From: an uncultured Gammaproteobacteria bacterium
Lineage (GTDB): Bacteria; Patescibacteriota; Patescibacteriia; Veblenbacterales; UBA10138
Reading direction: 5' to 3'
Length of the DNA: 64,000 bases
Assembly: GCA_964348825.1 (NCBI GenBank)
Contig: CAYGDX010000001.1
Location: 303,463-367,462 of the forward strand
Below, one piece after another: positions 16,922-26,512 of this stretch. Made by a program: the position numbers and the translations under genes. The notes under the pieces were generated by a model. That model made no database searches. It saw only the letters and a program-made list of their open reading frames with translations, and had not been told where the DNA came from. The stretch's first letter is position 1; each line of letters begins with the position of its first letter.

Positions 16922-16981
16922 ATAATTATTATAACATATTTTTGATTTGTCACCAAGCACAATAAACGTTATAATTTAGTT

Positions 16982-17485
16982 ATGGATTATACTCGTAAAG
17001 ATTTATCAACCTCTATTACAGCTTCGGCGAAGCGGAAGTTTCGTCCCAATGTGGTGGTGTGTTTGATTAACCAAAAAAATGAAGTTTTACTTGTGCATGG
17101 TATTGATAAGCCAAATATTTGGCATTTACCGCAAGGTGGTATAGAAACTGGCGAATCAGTGATTGAAGCGGCCGGGCGCGAATTAAAAGAAGAGTTGGGG
17201 GTGCATGGTTTCGAAATTGTAAAATTGGTGCCGGAATTTTTTGTGTATAGTTGGCCAGAGCATGTGATAGAAAAAGGACGCGCTGAAGGTAGAAAGCCGT
17301 TTATTGGTCAGAAGCAAGATTTAGTAATCGCGCGACTCATTAGTGAACAAATAATTTTCAAAACCGATAATCGTGAAGTGTTTAAATTTAAATGGGTATC
17401 GATTGATACTTTGCCAGTGGAAATGCATAGCTCAAGGCAAGATTTAGCGCTGAAGTTGAAAGAGATTTTGGATGGTTTGTTTTAG
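16982..17485 (+). CDS. NUDIX hydrolase (RppH-like)
   Basis: Nudix box GGIETGESVIEAAGRELKEELGV. Confidence 0.7.
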   Translation: MDYTRKDLSTSITASAKRKFRPNVVVCLINQKNEVLLVHGIDKPNIWHLPQGGIETGESVIEAAGRELKEELGVHGFEIVKLVPEFFVYSWPEHVIEKGRAEGRKPFIGQKQDLVIARLISEQIIFKTDNREVFKFKWVSIDTLPVEMHSSRQDLALKLKEILDGLF

Positions 17486-17640
17486 TAAGAGTTAATTATT
17501 AATAATTTTAAATTTACAATTTTAAATCAATTTTTAATGAATTAATTTTAAAATATTTAAACATTTATTAATTTAATCATTGAATAAAAATTTAAAATTG
17601 AAAATTTGATTTTTAATTGCAAATAAGATAAAATTCATTT

Positions 17641-19089
17641 ATGATTCGACTTCGTTTTGCACCTTCACCAACCGGTGAACTTCATATTGGCGGCGCTCGC
17701 ACGGCGCTTTATAATTTTTTATTGGCGCAAAAATTAGGCGGTGAATTCATACTTCGCATTGAAGATACTGACCAAGAAAGATACGTTTCCGGTAGTCAAG
17801 ATAGAATTTTAGCTGGACTTAAGTGGCTTGGGCTTAAATGGCAAGAAGGTCCTGATGTGGGAGGTGAATATGGGCCTTATGTGCAATCAGAGCGATTAAC
17901 TCTATATAAAAAATACGCGGATGATTTAATACAACCCGGCTCAGCGTATTATTGTTTTTGTTCTGAAAAAAGATTAAGTGAATTGCGAGCTGAACAAGAA
18001 GCCAAAAAATTAGCTCCGCGTTATGATCGCACTTGTTTAAAATTATCAGCCGAAGAAGTAAATTTGCGTTTAAAAAAAAGCGAACCGTTTGTTATTCGTT
18101 TGAAAATTCCTGAGGGTACAACTACTTTTAATGACATTATTCGCGGATCAATGTCAATTGACAATAATACGATTGATGATCAAGTGCTACTCAAATCCGA
18201 TGGCTACCCGACTTATCATTTAGCTTGTATTGTAGATGATCATTTAATGGAAATTACGCACGTGGTGCGCGGTGAGGAGTGGCTACCTTCAACTGTTAAA
18301 CATATAATTTTATATCAGGCCTTGGGTTTAGAGCCACCGCAGTTTGCTCATTTGCCCAATATTTTAAACAAAAGTAAAGCCAAACTTTCAAAGCGCAAAG
18401 ATGGCGAAGCAGTGTGGCTTGCGACCTATCAAAAACAAGGTTATTTACCAGAAGCAATGGTGAATTTTTTGGCTTTTATGGGTTGGCATCCTTCGGATGA
18501 GCAAGAATTTTTTAGTATTTCCGAACTTGTAGAATCGTTTACTTTAGAGCGGGTACAAAAAGCCGGCGCAATTTTTGATACGGAAAAATTAAAATGGTTT
18601 AATGCTCAATATATTAAAAAATTATCGGTTGAAGATTTAGATGCTCGTCTCCAACTCTGGTATGCACCACTTATGGCTACGGGGCGACCAGTTGCCAATA
18701 CTTTAAGTTTAACGAAAGTTTTGCAATCACGTTTGGAAATTTTAAGTGAAGTCACAACTCAATCCGTTTGGTTTTTTTCTTCAGAGTTAAGTTTAGATAA
18801 AAATTTATTAGTATCGGCTAATGTTGATTCTTTGGAAACAATCAAAGCTTTGGAATGGTTTAAGCAAAAAATAATGGAAATGGGGGAGTGGGAGGTAGTT
18901 AAAATTAAAACAACTATTTTAGCGTTGGCAGAAATTGACAGTTGGCCAAGAAAGAATTTGTTGTGGCCCGTGCGGGTAGCGTTAACTGGTGAGAAGTTTT
19001 CACCTGATGTGTTTGAAGTGGCGTGGGGGCTTGGTAAAGAAGTTACAATTGAAAGATTGTGCCAAGCAATAAAAGTTTTACAACAATAA
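17641..19089 (+). CDS. gltX: glutamate--tRNA ligase
   Basis: HIGH-type motif PSPTGELHIGGART and KLSKR motif; full-length class I synthetase. Confidence 0.9.
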   Translation: MIRLRFAPSPTGELHIGGARTALYNFLLAQKLGGEFILRIEDTDQERYVSGSQDRILAGLKWLGLKWQEGPDVGGEYGPYVQSERLTLYKKYADDLIQPGSAYYCFCSEKRLSELRAEQEAKKLAPRYDRTCLKLSAEEVNLRLKKSEPFVIRLKIPEGTTTFNDIIRGSMSIDNNTIDDQVLLKSDGYPTYHLACIVDDHLMEITHVVRGEEWLPSTVKHIILYQALGLEPPQFAHLPNILNKSKAKLSKRKDGEAVWLATYQKQGYLPEAMVNFLAFMGWHPSDEQEFFSISELVESFTLERVQKAGAIFDTEKLKWFNAQYIKKLSVEDLDARLQLWYAPLMATGRPVANTLSLTKVLQSRLEILSEVTTQSVWFFSSELSLDKNLLVSANVDSLETIKALEWFKQKIMEMGEWEVVKIKTTILALAEIDSWPRKNLLWPVRVALTGEKFSPDVFEVAWGLGKEVTIERLCQAIKVLQQ

Positions 19090-19107
19090 AAAATTTTGAT
19101 ACATAAA

Positions 19108-19231
19108 AATCCTAAATCCTAATATCTAAACTCTAAATAAATCCCAATACTCAAAATCCAAAAAAGTTTAAAACATTTGAATTTAGGGCTTTGGATTTAT
19201 TTAGGATTTCGGATTTCGTGCTTAGGATTTT
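19108..19231. repeat. AT-rich intergenic inverted-repeat element, family 1, copy 2
   Basis: Same roughly 75 bp core as 6491-6587, with nested arms CCTAAATCCTAA/TTAGGATTTCGG and CTAAATAAAT/ATTTATTTAG. Confidence 0.6.
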
Positions 19232-19244
19232 AAACAATTAGTTT

Positions 19245-20435
19245 ATGAAAAAAATAATTTATCTATTTATTATCATTGCCATCTTCGCGTCCTTATCTAA
19301 TTCAACTTGGGCGCAAAGTTCTGATATCAACGCACAAATTTTAGCTAAGCAAAAACAATTAGAAGAGTACAATAAGAAAATTGAGGCATATCAAAAAGAA
19401 ATAGCGGAAAAGCAGGTGCAGGCCTCGTCGCTTAAAAAACAATTAAATTTGTTAGATAATAAAATTTCCAAAGCGAAGCTTGATTTACAGGCCAATGAAT
19501 TAAATTTGAATACGGTAGGACTGCAAATTGAAGCGCTAACTTTCGAAATCAATCATAAAAATACTGATATTGCTCAAAAAAGAATTAGAATTGCGGAACT
19601 ACTGCGCCAGCTTCAGCAATCTGATAGCAAGGGTCTATTGGAAGTAATAGTTTTAAATAATTCGTTAAGTGAATTTTTTGAACAATTAAATTATTTAGAA
19701 ACAGTGCAGGGTGAATTACAATCAAAAGTTGATGATGTAGAAACAGTAAAAGCTGAGTTGGAGCGGCAAGAATCGGAATTGGCGCGTTATCGTTCTAAAT
19801 TATCGCGCGTGCGTGACCAATTGGCGCAGTCCAAAGAAAAATTAGCTGATGAGCAAGATTCTAAAGAGGTTTTACTCAAGCAAACTAAATCATCAGAAAG
19901 TCAGTATCAACAACTACTCGCCCAAGTGGTTCAAGAACAACAAAAAGCGAGCGCAGATATTAAAAATTTAGAAGCCGCGGCTCGAAAAAAATTAAAAACA
20001 TCCAGTGGTTTGGAAAAATTGGGCGATGCTGTATTTATTTGGCCGGTGAATCCGTATAAGGGGCTTTCTACAAAATTTTACGATCCGGAATATATTTTTA
20101 GAAAATATTTTGAACATCCAGGGATAGATATTCCGAATTCCCAAGGTAATGCTATAAAGGCGGCGGCTGATGGTTATGTGGCGCGCGCGAAAGATGCAGG
20201 TTTAGGTTATAGTTATATAATGCTTGTTCATAAAAATGGCTTCTCCACCGTGTATGGTCACGTGAGTAGGATTGATGTTCAAGAAGATACTTATGTAACC
20301 AAAGGGCAAATTATCGGCGCGGTGGGAGGCCTACCAGGCACTAGGGGGGCCGGGAAATTGACCACTGGTCCGCATTTGCATTTTGAACTGCGTTCCAACG
20401 GCCTACCTGTAAACCCTATGGAATATTTACCTTGA
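19245..20435 (+). CDS. M23 family metallopeptidase with N-terminal coiled coil (EnvC-like)
   Basis: Signal peptide, long coiled-coil region, C-terminal HPGIDI...GHVSRI...GPHLHFELR M23 motifs. Confidence 0.8.
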   Translation: MKKIIYLFIIIAIFASLSNSTWAQSSDINAQILAKQKQLEEYNKKIEAYQKEIAEKQVQASSLKKQLNLLDNKISKAKLDLQANELNLNTVGLQIEALTFEINHKNTDIAQKRIRIAELLRQLQQSDSKGLLEVIVLNNSLSEFFEQLNYLETVQGELQSKVDDVETVKAELERQESELARYRSKLSRVRDQLAQSKEKLADEQDSKEVLLKQTKSSESQYQQLLAQVVQEQQKASADIKNLEAAARKKLKTSSGLEKLGDAVFIWPVNPYKGLSTKFYDPEYIFRKYFEHPGIDIPNSQGNAIKAAADGYVARAKDAGLGYSYIMLVHKNGFSTVYGHVSRIDVQEDTYVTKGQIIGAVGGLPGTRGAGKLTTGPHLHFELRSNGLPVNPMEYLP

Positions 20436-20509
20436 CAAGTATTAGATTTTGTTGTAAGGTTTAGAAAACTAAAAAATAAATTACTTAACAAAAAGCCAAA
20501 GGAATCAAA

Positions 20510-20941
20510 ATGAAAAAATTAACAAATATATTATTAATCTCTAGAGAAGATCTTAGTATTGACGCAGTTCATTCCAAAGTACTGACCCTAGTAATTAAAT
20601 ATAAGGTGGCAGGATTTTTAAGATTAAAGCAATTTTCTACACCAATAGAAACATTGGTCGGTGCTTACAGCGATATTAAAAAAATACTATCTGAAGATGA
20701 GGATCTTTCCGCGGTGATTATTCACAATTTCGACAATTCGCTAAATAAATCAATTATTGCTTTTTTCAAAAAAGATTTTGGTGTGAAGGAAGGTAATATT
20801 TGTATTTTACCGGAATTGAACGCAGGCGGTTGTAAAATTTTAGAAGAGTTTATTGCAAAATGGCAACAAAAATTGCCGGAAACAGATTCAGGTTTTTTAA
20901 CAAAAAAAGCCGCCGCAAAAGAGTTGTTTCAATTTAATTAA
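20510..20941 (+). CDS. hypothetical protein
   Basis: 143 aa ORF with SD-like AAAGGAATCAAA upstream. Confidence 0.45.
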   Translation: MKKLTNILLISREDLSIDAVHSKVLTLVIKYKVAGFLRLKQFSTPIETLVGAYSDIKKILSEDEDLSAVIIHNFDNSLNKSIIAFFKKDFGVKEGNICILPELNAGGCKILEEFIAKWQQKLPETDSGFLTKKAAAKELFQFN

Positions 20942-20966
20942 AAAGGGGATTCATAAAATATTTTGC

Positions 20967-21004
20967 CAAATCCTGTTGTGTATTCACGACGGGATTTTTA
21001 TTAT
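20967..21004 (+). terminator. rho-independent terminator
   Basis: AAATCCTGTTGT-GTATTC-ACGACGGGATTT (two G-U wobbles) followed by TTTATT. Confidence 0.55.
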
Positions 21005-21023
21005 TCAAAATTCTAAATAAATA

Positions 21024-21063
21024 TAAAATAAAAAACGCACGTGATTAATATTCACACGTGCGT
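21024..21063 (-). terminator. hairpin terminator for the NMO-like gene (ACGCACGTG-ATTAATATTCA-CACGTGCGT plus U-run on the minus strand)
   Basis: Perfect 9-bp stem followed by T-run on the minus strand; near-identical in layout and loop to 24083-24117. Confidence 0.6.
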
Positions 21064-21080
21064 ATTTGGCTTGTATGTAT

Positions 21081-22514
21081 TTAGTATTTTTTTAATCCTC
21101 TGAGATATCTCAAGGCATCAATGATTGAATATGAGTCATCAGGGTTTGACATTAATTCACGTAAAAAACCAAGCTCCGGACTCAAAGTTACAATTGCTTT
21201 TCGATTTTGCAATAGATCAGAAGTGTTGCATAATCCACTACACAAACATTTCTTATCGATTGTCATTTCACGATTTCCACCTTTGTGCTCAAAAATATCC
21301 AAGTTATCAGCCGAGCAATTGAATATAATTTTACCATCAGGTCTTATATATGGGACGCGTAATTGGCCAATATCACATATTCTTTCATCTTCGATAAGGT
21401 TCTGTTTATCAGATAAAGTGTCAGGAATTTGAGCAACCATAAAACCATATCCAGTTGGGGAGGCTTTTCGATCTCTTATTACTATTAGTTTACCTAAATA
21501 TCCCATATGTCTTGCATATTTTTTCAGATCATCACGTAAATTAGATTCATTGGCCAATGCTCCAATAGTTCCAACTTGAACACCAATAGCGCCCACTTCA
21601 GCTGCTTCAGCCATTTTTTTAGGTGATGCAAATCCACCAGCTAGATAAAATGGTACACCAAGTTTTCTCATTTCATTATAATCCGTTTCATCCTTTGGGC
21701 CGTACATTGTTTCACCATTTTCGTCCAGTAATTTTTTGTCAAATGGATTTGAATTGTGGCCACCAGCCAGGTTATTTTCTGCAACGAAAGCATATATTTC
21801 CCCAGTGGTTTTTTGTAGAAAAATATTCGCGACCCTATGGTTTGAAACTATTGGTAAAAAATTTGGTCTTTTGAGATCTGGCATTAATCCAAAGTGTTTT
21901 CGTGGATCAAATGTAATAGGAATGCTTTTAGTTTTTGCACCATAAATTCCTTCAACCAGGCAGTGGTATACAACTGCTTCGCCTCTTGCATAAGAATTGA
22001 GAATCCCAGGAACTTGAGTAGCAAGACCTGCTCCAATTGAAACCTCGTCAATTTCGGCTAGCATTATTCCAAATAAAGCATATGGAAAATGCAAATCAAT
22101 TTTTTTCAAATAGTTAATACTAACTGGATTTTTGTGCTCCTCTTTACCCAATACTCCTAGGCAAAAATTTCCACAGACAATCAAATTAATTAATTCTATA
22201 GATGGGTTGAAATCCATCATTGGAATTGGCTTATGTGGAGCTCCTCGACCAATCCCATTTTTTACAAAGTAGGTTTTGATAATTTTTTCGCCAACTCGTC
22301 TAAAAGCTTTTGGCAGGTTAGTTAATGCTCGACGAAAATGTTCGCCCGGATCACCATTTTCTAATGTATAGGCTAAAACAAGTTCAGCGCCCGTGCCAGT
22401 TAAAGTGGGGATTGTATTATATTTTTTTCCATTTCTACCAATTTCGTTAACAAAACCGCGATTAGAAACGTCAAGTCCCATGCCACCAATTCGTATTATC
22501 ATTTCTTTTTTCAC
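21081..22514 (-). CDS. NMO/FabK-family FMN-dependent oxidoreductase (2-nitropropane dioxygenase-like TIM barrel; enoyl-reductase-like)
   Basis: IRIGGMG N-terminal motif and C-terminal AGGFASP...GAIGVQVGT motif of the NMO/FabK family; likely start GTG at 22514 (RBS AAAAGGAAA), the ORF track extends to 22544. Confidence 0.6.
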   Translation of the reverse strand: MKKEMIIRIGGMGLDVSNRGFVNEIGRNGKKYNTIPTLTGTGAELVLAYTLENGDPGEHFRRALTNLPKAFRRVGEKIIKTYFVKNGIGRGAPHKPIPMMDFNPSIELINLIVCGNFCLGVLGKEEHKNPVSINYLKKIDLHFPYALFGIMLAEIDEVSIGAGLATQVPGILNSYARGEAVVYHCLVEGIYGAKTKSIPITFDPRKHFGLMPDLKRPNFLPIVSNHRVANIFLQKTTGEIYAFVAENNLAGGHNSNPFDKKLLDENGETMYGPKDETDYNEMRKLGVPFYLAGGFASPKKMAEAAEVGAIGVQVGTIGALANESNLRDDLKKYARHMGYLGKLIVIRDRKASPTGYGFMVAQIPDTLSDKQNLIEDERICDIGQLRVPYIRPDGKIIFNCSADNLDIFEHKGGNREMTIDKKCLCSGLCNTSDLLQNRKAIVTLSPELGFLRELMSNPDDSYSIIDALRYLRGLKKY

Positions 22515-22708
22515 GATTAGTTTCCTTTTTATGTTAATGAACAATTATTGATATTATTTTAATTTAATTTTAGCATAAATTAGTGAAAAATAAAACATTG
22601 ACAGAATTAGAGTTTAGGATTAAGGTAGTAGCATAAAATTGTATTAAAAAACATAATTTTTTAAATAATAAAGTACATTTCCAATTAAATATTAGAAAGA
22701 GTTAAACT

Positions 22709-23980
22709 ATGAAAAAGCGTGTCAATAAAAAATGTAGAAGAGGGGAAGTAGTTGGTCCAGAAACTGATTTATTACATCGTGATTTTGATTCGAGGAGAAG
22801 TGAAGGATCATTTTCTGTTCCATTATTTACCACATCAACTTTTGTTTTTCCAAGTGCGGAATATGGGAAAATGGCGTTTAAGGCTGTACTTAATGGTGAT
22901 CACAATCATTTCTTGATTTATCGGAGATTAGAGCATCCGAATTCTCAAATTCTTCAGAATCGAATATCAAAATATGAGCCGGGCGGTGGTTCGGCTGCAG
23001 CATTTACAACTGGCATGGCTGCTATACACACAACAATTTCGGCACTACTTAAGTTGGGGCAAGAAATAATTGTCTCCCATACTGTATATGGTGGTACGTA
23101 CTGTCTTTTAAAAGAGTATTTTATCAAACACGGTGTAGCTGTTAAATTTGTGGATACCACAGATTTAACTGCTACTGCTAAAGTTATAAAAAAGTCTGGA
23201 AAAAATTTGGGCATAGTTTTTATGGAAAGTCCGGCTAATCCTAGTATGCGATTTACTGATATTGCAACTGTAGCGAAGTTGGCCAAGCATGCTAATCCAA
23301 ATTGTGTGGTGGTGGTTGATAATACTTTTATGGGTATCTTCCAACATCCATTTAAAGTTAGCCAAGATATTGATCTTGTGGTATATTCTGCCACAAAATT
23401 CTTAGGAGGTCACTCAAATTTGACTGGCGGAATTGTAATTGCCCGTCAAGGCCGGAGTAACTTAATGAAAGCAATTAAAGGTTTGCGGATTGTATTTGGT
23501 AATATAATTGATCCATTTTCAGCCCATCAGTTGCTTACACAGATTGATACATATGATTTACGTATGCAAGATTTGGCAAGGCGGGCAACAAAAATTGCTA
23601 ACTATCTTTCAAAGCATCCAAAGGTGATTGAGGTTAGACATCCTTCTCTGTTAAAACCTTCAGAACTTGATTATCCTATTTTTCAAAGTCAATGCAGTGG
23701 CCCAGGATCAGTTATTTCATTTTGGTTGCGTAAGGTTAATACAAAAACTGCTTTTCAGTTTGAAAATGCCGCCACAAAAAGTGGGGTGATTTCTTTGGCA
23801 GTATCCTTAGGATGTGTGGAAACACTAATGACACATCCAAGCACTACAACTCATTCAGAAATGTCTCACAAAGACCAAGTGTTATCTGATATAACTCCAA
23901 ACTTAATTAGGATTTCAGTTGGTCGAGAAAATCCCGAGGATATAATAAACGCACTTGAACAAGGGTTTCAGGCTATATAA
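22709..23980 (+). CDS. Cys/Met-metabolism PLP-dependent enzyme (cystathionine gamma-synthase/lyase, O-acylhomoserine sulfhydrylase family)
   Basis: PLP-lysine motif YSATKFLGGHSN, DNTF, overall gamma-family architecture; roughly 60-aa N-terminal extension. Confidence 0.75.
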   Translation: MKKRVNKKCRRGEVVGPETDLLHRDFDSRRSEGSFSVPLFTTSTFVFPSAEYGKMAFKAVLNGDHNHFLIYRRLEHPNSQILQNRISKYEPGGGSAAAFTTGMAAIHTTISALLKLGQEIIVSHTVYGGTYCLLKEYFIKHGVAVKFVDTTDLTATAKVIKKSGKNLGIVFMESPANPSMRFTDIATVAKLAKHANPNCVVVVDNTFMGIFQHPFKVSQDIDLVVYSATKFLGGHSNLTGGIVIARQGRSNLMKAIKGLRIVFGNIIDPFSAHQLLTQIDTYDLRMQDLARRATKIANYLSKHPKVIEVRHPSLLKPSELDYPIFQSQCSGPGSVISFWLRKVNTKTAFQFENAATKSGVISLAVSLGCVETLMTHPSTTTHSEMSHKDQVLSDITPNLIRISVGRENPEDIINALEQGFQAI

Positions 23981-24009
23981 CTTGAGTACGTATTAATACG
24001 TATTTGACC

Positions 24010-24047
24010 AGAGGTTGATTTTTATTTAGTCAACCTCTTTTTATTTT
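24010..24047 (+). terminator. rho-independent terminator
   Basis: AGAGGTTGA-TTTTTATTTAG-TCAACCTCT followed by TTTTTATTTT. Confidence 0.6.
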
Positions 24048-24082
24048 GAGGTGGGGATGGTCATCTTTGTAAATAAATTATA

Positions 24083-24117
24083 AAATAAAAAACGCTCTGA
24101 TTAATGTACAGAGCGTT
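24083..24117 (-). terminator. hairpin terminator for the FabH-like gene (ACGCTCTG-ATTAATGTA-CAGAGCGT plus U-run on the minus strand)
   Basis: Same flanking AAATAAAT(A/T)TAAAATAAAAAACGC context and ATTAAT loop as 21024-21063. Confidence 0.6.
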
Positions 24118-24145
24118 GCGTGTTATTGTTATTTTTGTATTTTTT

Positions 24146-25315
24146 CTACACAGCGTATATTTCTTCTTTCAGCATCCATTTTATAAAAGTACATTGGAAA
24201 GTATAGCCGCCACCGAAATGAAGTAAAATAATATTCATCCCAGTTTGTAAGATACCGCGTTCATAAGCTAAACATGCGCCTAATGGTACCGCAGCTGAAG
24301 TAGTATTACCAACTTCAGTAATAGTATTATAGACTAAACCTTTAAAGCCGTGTGGTTTTAAATTATCTTGCATTGGGGAATTGATTCGAAGGTTTGCTTG
24401 ATGTGGAATAATAAGATCAATACTGGCTAATTTGACATCAGCCCTTATGGTAGCGGAGCCAATAACAGTATCATTAAAATTTTGAGTTCCATCACCAAAA
24501 ATTAATCTAATTATATCTTTTAATACCACTCCTCCATTTTGGGTGAGTTTGTCTGGCCTTGAGAGGTTAAGATGTTCTTCAACCAAACTTAGATCATTAG
24601 CTTGTAAGACTTGTTTTGAGCCACCAACCGGTGTCATTATATTAGAAGCGCCAGACGGCACTGTTCCTGCAAAAAATGATAATATACCATGAGGAAAACA
24701 ATCTAATTGTTCAGGGACTGGCTGAAGAACAAAAGCCGCCGCGGCATCACCAAAAATTGGAAAAGTAGAGCGATTAGAAATATCAGCTGCGGAGGTCATT
24801 TTATCTGCTCCGACTACAACTACACATTTACAAATACCTGACTGAATTAAACTGTATCCCACAGTTAAAGCTGAACCAAAACTAGTACAAGCATTTGAAA
24901 CGTCGCAAGTGAAACAATTATTAAGACCTAAATTATTTCTAACTTCGAGGCCAACTTTTCCGTGAACTAATGATGCGTTGGGAGGGGAATAAATATGATC
25001 AGGTGTAACCGAAGCTATAATTAATCCATCAACTAAACTTGCCGGTATTAGAGCGTTTTCTAAAGCCTTTTTTACCGCCTTAGAGGCCAGTTCTGATGTA
25101 CTACCTTGTGTAATGTAACGTGTTTTAACTCCGACACGTTGTCCAATCCATTCATCGTTAGTGCAGTATAATTTTATTTCACTTTCAGTAAGGGCAGAGC
25201 CTTTTTTATCAGTTAAGGCATTTTTAATCATGGCACTTACTTCATCGTTATCAACTTTTGTTTCACCTAATTGATAACCAACGCCGGTGATACCTATTGG
25301 TAATATATTTTTCAC
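24146..25315 (-). CDS. FabH-like 3-oxoacyl-ACP synthase III (KAS III / thiolase-fold condensing enzyme)
   Basis: Active-site Cys context NACTSFGSAL, IPHQANLRI and GNTTSAAVPL motifs of the KAS III family; GTG start with SD AAAGGAGAAAAAA. Confidence 0.7.
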   Translation of the reverse strand: MKNILPIGITGVGYQLGETKVDNDEVSAMIKNALTDKKGSALTESEIKLYCTNDEWIGQRVGVKTRYITQGSTSELASKAVKKALENALIPASLVDGLIIASVTPDHIYSPPNASLVHGKVGLEVRNNLGLNNCFTCDVSNACTSFGSALTVGYSLIQSGICKCVVVVGADKMTSAADISNRSTFPIFGDAAAAFVLQPVPEQLDCFPHGILSFFAGTVPSGASNIMTPVGGSKQVLQANDLSLVEEHLNLSRPDKLTQNGGVVLKDIIRLIFGDGTQNFNDTVIGSATIRADVKLASIDLIIPHQANLRINSPMQDNLKPHGFKGLVYNTITEVGNTTSAAVPLGACLAYERGILQTGMNIILLHFGGGYTFQCTFIKWMLKEEIYAV

Positions 25316-25376
25316 TTTTTTCTCCTTTAGAATGTTGAAGTTATTTTAAATTGTTATAGAACTATTTAATGTAAAA

Positions 25377-25405
25377 ATTTTAATAGAGAAGGGGAGTAAT
25401 GTCAA
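25377..25405 (-). promoter_or_regulatory. sigma70-like promoter (TTGACA-17-TAAAAT) driving the FabH-like gene
   Basis: Minus strand reads TTGACATTACTCCCCTTCTCTATTAAAAT, about 60 nt upstream of the GTG start. Confidence 0.5.
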
Positions 25406-25410
25406 GCATA

Positions 25411-26403
25411 TTAATTTTTTAGAGGATGAAATTGTTGATGGCTAGATTCGGCATAGCGATCGGAGGCGTGTACATAGCGGGTGGTGGTATCAAGCGATTC
25501 GTGACCTAAAAGCACTTGTATAGCGGCTGGATTAGCCCCAGCTTCAGCTAAATAAGTGGCAAAGCCGTGCCTGAGTGAGTGAGCGGAAGTTGGTACATTG
25601 ATACGTAAAGTTTCGCGGTACTGTTTTATTTTCATTTGTAAATAATTAGTGGAAATTCTTTTTTGATTTTTTCCGGCATTTTCTCCGCGGTAGGGAACAA
25701 ACAGGGCCGAGGAGCCGTCAGTTCTAACTTTTAAATAATTTTCTATCTGTTTTTGGGCGCGCGGTGTGAGATATACAAACCTCTGTTTTTTTCCTTTACC
25801 CATCACAAATATCCGGCCACTGCCATCAATTTGATTTTTATTTAAACTAATTAACTCCGAGATACGTAAGCCAGTAGCAAATAAAACTTCAAGCATGGCT
25901 CGATTGCGAAGTGCAATATTTTTTTCTTTTTCTAAAGTGGAAGGGGATTCAATTAATTTTACTAATTCAAATAGTTCAGCCACTTGTGGATGCCGACGCT
26001 CGGTTTTAGTTAGTTTAACTGCCTCAGGTGGTAGTGGGGCAGGTAGATCCATTTCAATTAAATAACGCAAATAAGCGCGTAAGCTTGAAAGCATACGATT
26101 AACTGAATAACTACGCAAGCGCTCGCCAGTATTTTGATTGTTAGCGGTGCGGCGATCAATTGAGGTTAAGTAGGCCTTGAATCTATCAATCACCTTTTTA
26201 TCAACTTTAGAGAAGGGGAGGTTCATCTCGGTTAAGAAGTCATTGAACACTTTTAAGTCGCGCTCATAATTGTAAACTGTTTCGGGTGAGTAGTTATTAG
26301 TTTGGAGTGATAATAAAAAGTCTTCCAACTCATTTAAATTGTTTTTTTGCACTTGTTGGGTAGGAGATGACCCACTGGATACGTTTTTTTTGAATTGTCG
26401 CAT
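25411..26403 (-). CDS. tyrosine site-specific recombinase (XerC/XerD-like, phage-integrase family)
   Basis: N-terminal SAM-like core-binding domain; C-terminal catalytic motifs HSLRHGFATYLAEAG...LLGHESLDTTTRYVH with the terminal Tyr. Confidence 0.8.
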   Translation of the reverse strand: MRQFKKNVSSGSSPTQQVQKNNLNELEDFLLSLQTNNYSPETVYNYERDLKVFNDFLTEMNLPFSKVDKKVIDRFKAYLTSIDRRTANNQNTGERLRSYSVNRMLSSLRAYLRYLIEMDLPAPLPPEAVKLTKTERRHPQVAELFELVKLIESPSTLEKEKNIALRNRAMLEVLFATGLRISELISLNKNQIDGSGRIFVMGKGKKQRFVYLTPRAQKQIENYLKVRTDGSSALFVPYRGENAGKNQKRISTNYLQMKIKQYRETLRINVPTSAHSLRHGFATYLAEAGANPAAIQVLLGHESLDTTTRYVHASDRYAESSHQQFHPLKN

Positions 26404-26512
26404 AGGTTAAACAATTAATGATATTTAACTGAGTGTAAGGGATATTATACTCAGTTTAACATATACATAAAAACAAGGCAAATGGTGCCTTGTGGATAAA
26501 TCCCCTTGTTAA

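Noticed and set aside
21121-21945. Several plus-strand ORFs (21121-21432, 21623-21874, 21736-21945) and minus-strand ORFs inside 22954-23394
   Set aside because: They are shadow ORFs antisense to well-supported genes (the NMO-like and PLP enzyme genes) and have no independent signals.
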